Shown here piece by piece: positions 26,774 through 39,425 of a stretch of DNA of 64,000 nucleotides. This stretch comes from Eledone cirrhosa (taxonomy: Eukaryota): NCBI GenBank assembly GCA_964016885.1, contig OZ024740.1, positions 179,428,001-179,492,000 on the forward strand, given 5' to 3'. Made by a program: the position numbers and the translations under genes. The number at the start of each line of letters is the position of its first letter. Positions within the stretch are counted from its first letter, which is position 1. The notes under the pieces are model-generated. The model worked only from the letters and a program-made list of their open reading frames with translations, did no database searches and had not been told where the DNA came from.

Positions 26774-26806
<33 letters not shown>

Positions 26807-26809
<3 letters not shown>

Positions 26810-27472
26810 AAGATCGGAATTAAGAGTATTCCGCAGTTCACAGTAATAATAATAATATTAGCTCAAAGAAGAATAGAGAATTTTCTTCTGAGCTCAAATG
26901 CAAAGAGAAGTGTGTTACACAGTTAGAGGTGTGTAAAGAATTATTACAAGTGAGTTTTACGGTTACTGTATAGAGAACAATATCTACAATTAAATAGAAA
27001 CAATATCTACAATTAAATAGAAAAAAACTAAGTCAGAATCAAATCTCTGAATTAGAGTTTAAAATTACCAACCTTATAACTATAAGTTTCCTGATACGAA
27101 TCTCGTTCGTTTCACCACCGACATGTGAAATATAATAGCCCCCAGGATTCTCAGTCAGCAAATGTGGATTCTGTTCAGGACACATCTAACCTCATGGATA
27201 GAGAGAAAGCTAATATACACGCTGCCCAGAGTAGGGCTAAATCACGTGTTATTTGCATCAAATAACGGCTCTCATGGATTAGGGAAAATGCTAGAGAGGG
27301 CAGCCCAACCATTCGAATTTATTAGATCAACAATTTGGAGATTTGATTCTGACTTAGTTTTTTTCTATTTAATTTCTAAACCTGTAGATATTGGTCTCTA
27401 TACAGTAACGGTAAAACTCACTTGTAATAATTCTTTACACACATCTCACTGTATAACACACTTCTCTTTGTG
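26807..27472. repeat. Fold-back element (~135-bp inverted arms, ~290-bp spacer) between (TA)n tracts
   Basis: 26901-27046 is the near reverse complement of 27338-27470; the left arm has an internal ~21-bp tandem duplication and a ~95-bp outer extension. Confidence 0.85.
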
Positions 27473-27544
<72 letters not shown>

Positions 27545-27789
27545 TGCGCCGAAACATCCGTAGTAAACAGCTGACGAAAGGGAACTGTCCATCTCTTGTT
27601 TGTGTTGCCTTACATTCTAACACTCGTTATCAGTAACCACACATCCTCGCCTACTTCAATCCATATGTTTATATGTATATATATATAGTGTGTGTGTGTG
27701 TATGTGTATATATATATATGTATATATATATATATGCCCGTATACGAACTGACACACACGCAGATATATATGTGTGTGTATAGTGTCAA

Positions 27790-28900
27790 GAGTTTCCGTC
27801 GCCGTAGGAGTCCAGTATTGTGGTTCGGAAATTTTTCATTAAGGGTATTGAAGGAGGAATAATCCAACCGTATCATACACATCTACCCTGTTGTAGGATT
27901 CCATGGATGCATCGAAGGGATTCTCAGGCGTTGATTTTTTAATCCAGTTAGACTAATTTGTAAATAGCAGGGTTTTCCTGGAATGCATTTTAACTTTTAT
28001 TTCTCTATCAATTATTGGACTAAAGCGACGGGTGAAATATAAAGCTTTAGCTAATAGTGAACAAGTGATGGAGGGTTAAAATTCATTTAAATCTAATGTT
28101 TAACTTGCCTTATTTTATTCTGGTATATTTTTTAAACAAACTATCATTGAAGAAGTTTTCTTCCACTGTAATATGTCAGTTTCATTCTTGGTAATTATAT
28201 TTATCCGTATTAATATCTATATCTTCTTATATACAAATCCTATTTCGATTCTAGCGGAGTTTCTGAACTTTCAATGTCATGCAAGCATTAGTTTCAACTA
28301 GGATTTCAGTTCTTTTAGCTATCTTTAAGTTTCTTTCGGTGTCCTTAGCTTCATTATAAATTTCATTATAATTATTAGTTTTGGCTTTCTTGTATTTATC
28401 CTTATCTACTTCATATAAATCTTTACTTTTATCAGGAAAGAAACTATTTCTGGAATATGTAATCGTTCTTATGTGATACGAATGTTTAGTTTGAAAATTG
28501 TTATAGTGTAATTAATCATTTGTAATAAGTTCGAATCAAAGGGGCATAAGTCGCTAACCCTAGGAATATATTTGTATGACTTTATGTTAAAAACGTTTGT
28601 GCCAGTGGCCGAATAGTAGTGTCTTCCATCTCAATCTGCGCACTTTCTCTATGCGTATATTAATTTAATATGTATTGGTTTGTTTGGGCATGATTTTAGT
28701 AGCGTCATCAATCTCATATAAACCCATCTTGTTGTATTGGTGTGTCTTTAGAGGTTCGATAAATCCACGTGGTGAGCTGTAGATGCAGTGTCACAATTCT
28801 GCTTATGTGTGTGCTTGTATTTTCCCGTATATAATTTATGTTATGTATTTGTGTACTTGTGTATGTGTGTGCCTCTATTTAAGTTTAAATCTAGTTTAAA
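27790..28900 (-). pseudogene. Highly degraded Neptune-like PLE RT remnant
   Basis: Minus strand SRKTLLFT..WIKK..ENPFDASMESYNRVDVYDTVGLFLL..NEKFPNHNTGL aligns by eye with the ORF at 18282; left/right limits approximate. Confidence 0.7.
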
Positions 28901-28924
28901 GTCTCTCTAAAGCTAGGAAGCTTG

Positions 28925-29166
28925 CCAGACCGGTACTTATCTAGGTTTCGTGGCGTGAAGCTAGTTAGAGTAAAAGACTCCCTCTGTTCAGGACGCCAGT
29001 CTATGGCAGGGTTGAGCCTTCAGTTTTTCAGGAATTCACTTTCAACTGAGTGTACTGGAGCAACGTGAAATGGAGAGTTTTGATGAACACAACACACAAA
29101 CCAGCCCAGGAATCGAACCTATGACGTTATGATCGTAGGTCCAAAACAGTTACCACTAGGCTACGC
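28925..29166 (-). mobile_element. SINE family B
   Basis: Minus strand A box TAGCCTAGTGG and B box GGTTCGATTCC; similar to 4245-4500. Confidence 0.75.
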
Positions 29167-31629
29167 ACCCCCGCATGTATATTTATGTGAACACTATGGA
29201 TATCGGTTGAAATTGATATGTGTTTTTTTAAGGGTTTATGTGTTAATTGTAGTGTATTGTCATTAATAGTGTTTGGGAACAGTGTAGGCCTGATACCAAT
29301 ATAGGTGAACATTGCGGATATAAGGTAACTGTGTTTTGTGTGTTTGGGCCTGTATATATTCATTTAAAACGATGAAAAGGCCCAAACAACGCATAAAATG
29401 AACTAAATATGCTTTGTTTGGACTTTTAATAATTTAAAATAATGATAGTATTGTAATGCTTTGTAAACCTCTCTCGAAACTCAATTTATATGTATGTATG
29501 AATGTATGTATATTTTTCCGTATATATATATATATATATATATGGGTGTTTGTGTCTGTGTGTATGTTTGTAGATATAGTCAGATATATTCATCTGAACC
29601 TTGTTAATGAGCTCCTTCAGGCGACACATATACGAAGCCTTTTGTCGCGTGAGGTATTGAATGTGGCAGCAAGATTCCAGTAGCAGCGGATTATGATTGT
29701 CTTCAAACAAATGTAGAAATATATAGTAATTTGGTGATATTAACATTGTGCTACCCAGGTATATGTGTATGTTTATTCTTAACAATTAGTAAATTTGAGA
29801 ATTAAATAAACAAATATGAATTTAATCATATTGTAATAATATTTCAATTTATTGATTACTTATTGATAATTTAAATATACAAGAATTACATTCAGCTGAT
29901 TACAAGACCTCACAGACCGTGTTTCTATCACTAATATGCAGCTACATTAAATAAAGGAAGTTGCCATTTTGCTTTTTATGTGCACCTGAACACTAATCCT
30001 GTATGTCTGTCACCTGACATTCTTATATAAACACAATCTACTTGTGGCTATATTATCTAATTATTCTTTTGTTGTGTAAACATAGCGGTGAGGAATTTAA
30101 TGGTGCTTTGTCTTGCCATTCCTAGCAGGATGACAGAAGCTATACAGACTCTCGCTTTCCTTACCTAGAGAAGATCATCTGGAACTAGGAAGCAAATGAT
30201 GGCCTCGATTGTAAAACAAACTATGGAAACTAAAGTGTGAGATACAGTATATGATTCACCATGTGATTGAACAGATACATCTTTTACAGACAAATATATG
30301 CACAATACACAAAATAACAACATCTAGACATTCAGTACATTTTTGTTCATGTCTATGTATTCTTTTCCGAAGATGCACAACTTCATTTCTAACAACAATG
30401 CACTGATCCAAAAGGTATTGTTGAGGAATTCCCTATTCCAGCACGTGAATCTTGAAACAAATATATAAAGCCCAACAATTTTATTCTAATTAACCAATAC
30501 ACATGCTACGGTCATTGATATCTCACATGGCTAACAATGAGAAATTTTAACTACCTCAAAAGTTGTCTATATTTGGTGTTGGCACATATCCAACTATGGG
30601 CAATTTCTCCACCTAAAATTTCTCTGAAATAAAAAGAATTATATAAGACAAATCCTCATTCCTCGTAGAGTCCGACAGCAAATTGCAAATGATAAAACCC
30701 AACGCAAACTAAAGTTTAGATAAACAGTAGATAGGAGTCAAATATGAATTGTAGCTCAAATGTTTTTATGAATTTATCATAAGAATAAAAAGCGAGGTAA
30801 TATTCTTTGCTATTTGAAAACCGGTTGAAGACCATCGCCATACACATGGATCTACAAATTAATGGAAATTAAGGAATGGACACAAGTTAGTTAAAAATAA
30901 TAATAATGAAATTTATTAATTACAGTTTGACACACCACACACATTATATTTTTGGTGAATGGATGGGAAGCAAACATGTCATCCACACGAGACTTGCAGA
31001 AGGTATATTATTGAGTCGATTCAAATATATACAGCTTTGTTGATTGGGTAATAAAATATATTTCGTGATGATGTACTGGAACCACTTCTATTGTTGCTCC
31101 CACCTAAATGAAGGGAATGTATTTACTGACTGGTAAATAATATCTATATGAATAGAAAAACTATCTTTGGTAAGTAGCTTTCTTAATATGTATTGTTTTT
31201 TATGAGTATTGGAGCATGAGACAATGGAAGATATTTTAGTAAGAAATATACCACAAGACATAGCTTTTTCCCCTTCGAAATATTGAGATCTGCTGCATTA
31301 TATTTACCGTTGAATATAATCAAAGCACATTAAAATTTACATTAATCAAGAGCGCAAATGTGGAATATTAAAGGAATTTTAACGAGAATTTCGACGGCTT
31401 TGGCATTCTAATTATGCGTTGAACAAAGTGAATTTACTCGAACTAGTAATTCAACGAGGATCCCACTGAACAACCATTGAACGAATGACAAACACCACAT
31501 ATAATCTTATTACATTACAAATATTATTTATATTATTAGATATAATTGAACTAAATCAAATAAATTTAGAAACACTCATTAATTCCATAATGTTCTTTGG
31601 AATGAAGCCAAACATATACTACGTTACTA

Positions 31630-32887
31630 CAGCTAAGGGAGACAGGAATGATTGTTTCAATTACAGAGGAATCTCCCTGTTAAGCCCACCCGGTAAAGTC
31701 TAAGCTATGTGTCTGGCAAACAGATGTAGGGAGATTGCCGAATCAAAGTTAGCTGATAAACAGTGCGTGTTTTGTTCCGGTTGCAGCAGAAATTCGAGAA
31801 ATCGTGCCGCTTTTGTCAAGATGTAAATTCTTGTTTTGTATACTTCAAAAAGACATATGACAGAGTTTCTCAAGACCTCCCGTGGAAGATCCTGCAGGAG
31901 TATGGGTTCGATAGTCAGCTTCCTGTTTCCCTGATGTCCCTGTACGAATATCCGAGTATTTATGTCCGGATAAATAGTGAGTGCTAAATCGAAACCATTC
32001 AAGCCAAAGCTTCATATTATTACTTCTGCTGTTCGCTATTTTCACGAACAAGATTGACATGCGCAACCTGGTTGTAAGTGGTTTCACGACTAGCTGGTGT
32101 AAAATAAGTCGGCTGGAATATGCAAATAACATGGTGTTACTTAACTCGACAGAAGGTGTCCCGACATGGACTTGTTAGGTTTGATGCCGAGCGCTGCAGG
32201 GCTGGAATGAAATCAGCGCTGTGACAACTGATGAACTCGTCCTGTCAAAGAAACATGCGTTGTGCATTCTACAGGTGAATAAAGTTCCACCGAAGCAGGT
32301 GGCGAAAGTCAAGAATCTCGGGGCTATATTCACGACTGATGGAAGGCAGAAGACTAAATCAAGTGCAGGAATTGAACAAACCCCGGCTTCAGCATTCGGT
32401 TGTCATAAGAAGGGAGGTAGGTGTAAAAGCCAAACTCGTTATCTTCAATTTTGTATTCTTGCTAACTTTTACCTATGGTCATGTTAAGTCTGTAATGACT
32501 GAAAGAATATGTCATAATACGAGCGCTCGAAATGGAGTTCCTCCAAAAGTTATCTGCCATAACGTTATGCGACAGTGTGCGTAGCCCGGATATCAGAGGA
32601 GATTCGCTACTTCTCCGAATTGAGAGATCACAGCTCCGATACTATGAGCATATGTTTAAAAGGTCTCAGGAAAGAATTGTTGGCAAAACCACCCGGCAGC
32701 AGACTCAGAGCAAGTGGGTTGGATTACACCATGAGCTCGGATGGTCTCGCTTCGGAATCCAGATGGATAAGTTGAAGACGTTTGCTTCTGACAGGACCTG
32801 CTGGTGCGGGAAAGAGTGTTTAAGGACTCTCCTCGCATGACGCTCTCACGAATAAGTGGGTTAAGAAAAAGAGGATGCGGAGGAGGA

Positions 32888-32920
<33 letters not shown>

Positions 32921-32930
32921 GAAGAAGAAG
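31630..32930 (+). mobile_element. 5'-truncated degraded RTE-clade LINE (Expander/Rex3-like)
   Basis: KGDRNDCFNYRGISLLSPPGKV, CFVYFKKTYDRV, LEYANNMVLL, LLLRIERSQLRY; 3' (AAT)n/(AAG)n tail. Confidence 0.85.
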
Positions 32931-34056
32931 ACTATAGCTGGAATTGGGAGGCATATGACAATCATTTTCATTTAAACCCAGTTTTATGTATTTATATTAT
33001 GAATATATAATGTACTTTCTTACGCTTTTCTTTCATTTGTGTGCACTGTGCAATGTTTAGTACATATATTCTTAAGTATTTGTAAAATTGCTTCTTTTAG
33101 AATTATTATATCTCTCTGTATACGAATCTCACATGATATTAGTATTCTTAAATAATACTCTCATTATCTTGTGAGTCAATCAAGAGAAAAATAAAGCACG
33201 CAAAATTATTAAATGCAATATTTAAACAGTTTTCCTGTCAGTATTCTTTTTATGGTTTTATACAAACATTTCTATCAATTATGTATTTCTATTGGCGTAC
33301 TTTTACATTTTGCTATAGTTTTTTTTCAAATTAAATCACTTTAATCAAGCTTCTCTAATTTGATTTTGGAAATACAAGTCAAATTGTTTAGCAAAAATAT
33401 TTCAGAATTTTGCCAAAAGACAAACACACTGCCAGAAATAAATGAAAATGAAACAAATTAAATAATAAAAGTTTAGAAATAAAGTAAAAAAAAAAAAAGT
33501 ATCTTATATTTGTCATGGTAAATATAACTCAATATTATATTGCTTTTTTTCTTCTTCTGAATATTCAGGTTTATGTTAAAACGTTTCAATGTTATGAACG
33601 TTTACTTTAATGATTTAAATATATTCTGTATACTTTTAAAACAGGATTATAAATAAGCCTCACAAAACTGAATTGTTTACCATGCAACCAATTATTTTCA
33701 CACGCTGACTCAGACATTCGTTCAATCTCTATTGCAACAATTTAAATACATCATCTTTCAGTAGTTTAGATATTTAACTTGTTAAAACTAATTTTCATAG
33801 CGTATTATATAATGACATTTTATCCATAGAACGAAACTTTTATCTCAGGAGTCTTCCGTTTGAGGGTAACGGGTTTAAGGTTTTACGTTTATATATATCT
33901 ATATAAATAAAAGTCGAGTCGTGGCCGCCAGTCTGTCAGCCCACAGATGGAAGTGGGGTGATAAACAATCTACGAATATTTAGGGCAAAATTAAAACCAA
34001 AGCGCGTTGCAACATGTGGAAAGGAGAGAGAGAGAGGGTTATAATATATATATATA

Positions 34057-34730
34057 TAAACAGGAAAAATGAAACGAAATTTCATTTCTCACTCTTAGTA
34101 CGGCTGTTACTTAAATATAAGTATGTATACGTACATACATATATGTATACAGACGTACAGTAGTATGTATATATATATACATACATGCACATATATATAT
34201 ATATATATATGTACGTATGGATTCACCGAACATTTATTATAATGCTCGGTGTGTTTGTAAACAAACATCCCGAATTAAGCCGTACAGTGTCTAGCAACCA
34301 TCGTTGCTCATTTGTTCAACACTGACAAAGGAACGCTGTACTAGTATCAAGCTTGTTAGCTATCGTCAGCAACGTATACCTTCTTGCCAGATGGTTGAAC
34401 GTCTGAAAGTATAAACATTCCTTATGCATATTAACGGCTGAGCAGCCTAATTTGCATATCGAGTGAGTTAATCGAGTGAGTTAATCGGCCGGGGTACCGA
34501 CACGATAAACGGAAAAAAAAATGAAACGAAATTTCTTTTCTCTCTCTTAGTACGGCTGTTACTTAAATATAAGTATGTATACGTACATACATATATCGGT
34601 ACCCGGCCGATTAACTCACTCGATATGCAAATTAGGCTGCTCAGCCGTTAATATGCATAAGGAAAGTATATCCTTTCAGACGTTCAACCATTTGGTAGGA
34701 AGGTATACGTTGCTGACGATAGCTAATAAG
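34057..34730. mobile_element. Rearranged pLTR-like fold-back element with a hammerhead
   Basis: 34352-34500 is inverted at 34596-34730; spacer 34507-34595 is a direct copy of 34057-34145. Confidence 0.8.
34333..34375 (-). ncRNA. Minimal type I hammerhead motif with A14U change
   Basis: ACGUUG CUGACGA U AGCU AACA AGCU U GAUA CUAG UA^ CAGCGU; 6-bp stem I, palindromic ACUAGU stem III. Confidence 0.65.
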
Positions 34731-34798
34731 GTGAATATTTAAATTGTATTTTGATGTTTTTTAAAGAATGTTTAATGCTTGCTTGTTCTGCTCATCTC

Positions 34799-34884
<86 letters not shown>

Positions 34885-34983
34885 ATAATAATAAATTTGA
34901 AGACTAAAATCCAAAGAGGGCTCGATAAGGATAAATATATATCAAATATATAAGAACCGTAGAGAAAATATTTATTAAAATAA

Positions 34984-35057
34984 CAGATTAAAGTTTAAGC
35001 AAAGAATCGCTGCTTTCACCCTTAACGGGATCTTCTGAAACTAACAAAGTCAATCTG
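34984..35057 (-). ncRNA. Full-size type I hammerhead, U4A variant (CAGAAGA); second copy 35601-35675
   Basis: CAGAUUGA..AGUUU CAGAAGA U CCC GUUAA GGG U GAAA GCA..UGC UU^ AAACU UUAAUCUG; bipartite stem I. Confidence 0.65.
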
Positions 35058-35538
35058 TAAACGCAGAAGTGGATATTTCAAAAAACGTTGCGACCGGAAG
35101 AAGACAGGAAGACAATACTTTGGTTCGTGGAAACGTTCGCTATGCAAATAAGTAATGGTATAAACAAAACATATACTTAGCTCCCACATCAAGACGTAAA
35201 ATATCCACGTATAGATCGTACTATCCGTTAGGGTATAACGTGGGGCTGTAATACAGGAAAGTTTTGTGCAATTTATGTTTACAAGCCGAAATTGCCTCAG
35301 ATTTTTTGTTTAAGATGTGGTCTGTGGCGTAGAGTATTTCCAGGGCCTCAGCGGCGCAGAGGTCACATGGTCTTTTATTTCCGTTATACGATCTAGCCCT
35401 AGCTAGGATCTCCCAGTGTAACTTATATTGGGTGTGGTTGTCTTTTAGTCTCCAGATATAAGCTGAAAGTGACGTCATATTCCTTCTTAGAGGGTAACGA
35501 AAAGACTGGGTATGCATGTAAAGACGCTGCTTTAATAA

Positions 35539-35576
<38 letters not shown>

Positions 35577-35757
35577 TTGTATGTATATTTATTAAAATAT
35601 CAGATTAAGGTTTAAGCAAAAAATCGCTGTTTTCACCCTTAACGGGATCTTCTGAAACTAAATACAATCAATCTGTGAACGCAGAAGTAAATATTTCGAA
35701 AAACGTTGCAACCGAAGGAAGAAAGGAAGACGATACTTTTGTTCGTGTAGACGTTCT

Positions 35758-36473
35758 CTGGTAATGAACGAAAAAAACGAAGATAATACGTCATTATTTG
35801 GAGCGTGGAGAGCAATTACACGCAAAGACAAAACCACGTTTATGGTAATCTAAAATTCTATTTAGGAAACCGAATGATTCTCGGCTTCAGAGTTAAGAAT
35901 AATGTAATTAAATTAGAGAGGTTATTGAAATCAACAATAATTAAATATGTATATGCACGCAACCATATACATACATATGCATACGCGAAAACACCCGCCA
36001 TGAGTATGCATATACTAGCACGTACGCAAAAACACGCGCACACATACAAAAAACCTGCGCAACACCTGTACCCGCACAGATACGAACGTATACGCCAAAT
36101 ACACATAAAAATATATAAAAAAGAATATATATATATATATGTGTGTGTGTGTGCGTGTATACATATACTTATATAAACGTATATAAATACGAACATAAAT
36201 ACGTACATAACGCGCGCACACACATACCTACAGGTAAATAGATATATGTTCGCAAAACGACGTCAACCAAAACACAAAGTACGCATATACGCACACCCTA
36301 CATACGTTCAAACCCGCATACACACACAAACGCAAAATACACGTATACACATAACCATATACACATGTAGCAGTATATATAATATAATATATACACCTAT
36401 AACAAATACAAGCAAATATACGTACGAGAAAGTATACGTACCTTCACAAAACATACAGGTAATACTTACTTAC
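35758..36473 (-). other. Spliceosomal GT-AG intron (716 nt) in the PLE 3' region/pLTR
   Basis: Minus strand TAG|GTAAGT donor, TGAC branch-like motif, pyrimidine tract, CAG| acceptor; precisely absent from the neighbouring copy (junction 35139/35140). Confidence 0.85.
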
Positions 36474-39425
36474 CTATACAAATAAGTAATAATATAAACA
36501 TAAAATATACTTAGCTACCACATCAAGACGTAAATTATCCGCGTATTGTTCGTACTATCCGTTAGGGCATGATGTGGGGCTGTAATACAGGAAAGTTTTA
36601 TGCAATTTATGTTTAAAGCCACAATTGCCTCAGATTTTTTGTTTAAGATGTGGTGATAGGGCTAGAGTATTTCCAGGGGTTCAGCGGCGCAGAGATCACA
36701 AGGTCTTTTATTTCCGTTATACGATCTAGCCCTAGCTAGGATCTCCCAGTGTAACCTGTATTGGGTATGGTTGTCTTTTAGACTCCAGATATAAGCTGAA
36801 AGTGACGTCATATTCCTTCTTAAAGGGTTAAGAAAAAAATGGAACGTGGATATTTCAATCTTACATTTGTAGACAATGTAAGAGGGTGTATAATATATAT
36901 ATATAGATAGAGAGCGACGACCTCGTGGTAACGTAGCGAAACAAAACCAATAAGAGAGAGATATTGAGAGAGTTGTAGAAAAAGCTAGATAGACAGATAC
37001 CTATAACATCGCAGTCATGTGTGTGTGCGAGAGAGAGAGAGCGCGTGTGTGTGTGTATGTGTGAGAGAGAGTCTGTATGTTTGCTTAGGGGAGAGCATTA
37101 CATGATTAACTGTATGTTATGTCAGTGAGACGCATCCGCACACACTCATACACACCTACACATACACACACAATAAATTGTAGTCTGCTGGAATGATATA
37201 TGAATAGAACAAATACTGAAAGAAATTATTAGGTTGTCAGTTTGATTCTCGGCGAAAGTTTGCTGACAGTGAACGTATCTGTGGAAATCGTTAATTTCAA
37301 GATCAGGGTCTTCCGTTGTTTGAACAATTGGACCACACTATTTTTTCTTCTCCAAACGTTTCTTATGTCATCTTACCCTTCTTTGCCATCCATATTTTTT
37401 CGGCATGGAAGCAACCGACACAAATTCATTTAAGAACAGTGTTATTACAGAAAATTACGATATCAATATTAATGCAGCACATAATAATGATAATTCTTAA
37501 ACAACAATAATAATAATGATGTAAGGAAAATGTCAAATATCTCAGAAAGAAAGCACTGAAAGAGAAAGGAAATGAATGAAGAAGAGAAAGAAATTCAAAT
37601 AACAACAAATGAAGAGTCTCAAAGACAAGGACGGGAAAGGCTCTCAATTCAAAGGAGAAATAAAATTAGAGAAGAAAACAGATTAGCTCCCCAAGAGTTA
37701 AGAGGAAATTTGACAGAAAAAAGAAGAGATGAAATAAGAGAGGAAAATAGAATTTCTCACAATGAAGCAATACATTTTCAGACTAGGGCGGAACAAGAAA
37801 TTGTAACTCAAGTAGAAAGATCATGGTATGCTGAATTACATAGTTCTGTAAATCATTTACAAATGAAGTATTTGAATATGACCCAAGTAAAAATGATGAT
37901 AATCTATCAAATTTAGGAACAATATCAGTAGTTTGTAAGCATTGTTGTACAAAATTATTCAAAGACGAACCTAAGGGATCATGTTGTTCATATGGTAAAG
38001 TTAAATTGAATCTAATTGAAAGACCACCTGAACCTTTAAATATACTAATGTTGGGGAAGGGATTCCAAAACTTCTTAAAGAATATAAAAAATATAACGAA
38101 TTGTTTTCGATGACATCCTTTGGAGACGGTGAATCAATATCTCTGCCAGGATTCATGTCAGTTTTTAAAAGGTCACATTTATCGCAGAATAAGTTCATTG
38201 TATAATCCAGTTGGTAATATTACGAAATATACTCAAGTTTATTTTATCGATGATTAAAATGAACGAATTAATATTAAAAGTAGCACACTATAACACACAT
38301 CCAAGATATGCTTTTGGAAAATAGTGAGCTTATCAGACAAATTAAAACTATGGCATCTTTTGTTAACAGCCCAAATCTTCAATTGTCAAATAGAATACCA
38401 TCTGGTGAGTATACACGGACATACAATTACCGAGTATCTAATGATATAAGATTAGTAATGGTTGGAACTGAATTTTCACGAAGAAACATAATTTTTACTT
38501 ATAAAGAAAATCAATGAATTACATAGACCCTATGATTCATTACCCTTTGATTCATTGGAGAGGAAATGATGGCTATTCGTTAGATTTACCCTTATACAAC
38601 CCAAAATACAAATCAAACAGTCCCAAATAAGAACGTTACATGCAGGCAATATTACGCAGATCATTTATAACTAAGAAATACTTGGAATCAAATTGTAAGA
38701 TGTAAACGATTCTTCCAAATGTATTTAGTTGATAAGTAAGCCAAAATTGAGTTTGAACAGTTATAGTACATTAAACAGCACCAAAGGGTCGAAGATTCTC
38801 TAAATAATAAAAGAGTACTCAGTGAATTAGGTAGGGTTGTAATTTTACCTTCTACTTTTGTTGGAAGTTCAGGATATTGGAAAGAAAGAATTCAAGATTC
38901 AATGTGTTATGTGAGAGAATACGTCGGACTGATTTATTGATAACATTTACTTTCAATCCTAAATGGAATAAAATCATTGAGAACCTATACAAAGGTCAAA
39001 AAGCCGAAGATAGGCCCTACATATTTGCGAGAGTTTTCAAGCAAACGTTAAATAAAATTATGAAAATATAGTTTGATAAGGGAAGTGGAATAGGTAGCAA
39101 AACAAAGGCCTACATATATACAGTAGAATGGCAGAAAAGAGGCTTACCACATGTTCATATCGTACTTTGTCTAGAGCAAACAATTTTTCAAAATCAATTA
39201 GATACATTAATCTCGGTAGAAATTCCTGATCGAATTGTCACTACATGAATGGTCCATGGTCCATGTGGATTATTAAAGCCGCAATGTCCATGTATGAATA
39301 ACGGAAAATGTGGGGAAAATTACCCAAAAATATTTAATTAATGAAACTAGAATATCCTTTATATAGACGGAGAAAATAGAAGATGGAGGAAGAACAGCAA
39401 CAATAGCAACAAACTCAAAAGCATA

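Larger units (their letters stand above)
22777..26776 (+). mobile_element. Near full-length Penelope/Poseidon-like element: inverted pLTR + partial direct pLTR + ORF + full pLTR with tail
   Basis: 22777-23356 is the reverse complement of ~26139-26734; 23356-23652 is a direct copy of 26434-26776; flanked by (TA)n. Confidence 0.93.
34880..36830 (-). mobile_element. Two tandem 3' fragments of a Neptune-like PLE (34880-35535 and 35585-36830)
   Basis: Both encode the GIY-YIG C-terminus (TSLSAYIWRLKD..YKLHWEIL..CDLCAAE) followed by the same pLTR; separated by (TA)/(TG)n. Confidence 0.9.

Noticed and set aside
30330-30870. Possible old RTE/BovB-like RT remnant
   Set aside because: Only faint motif echoes; too degraded to support by eye
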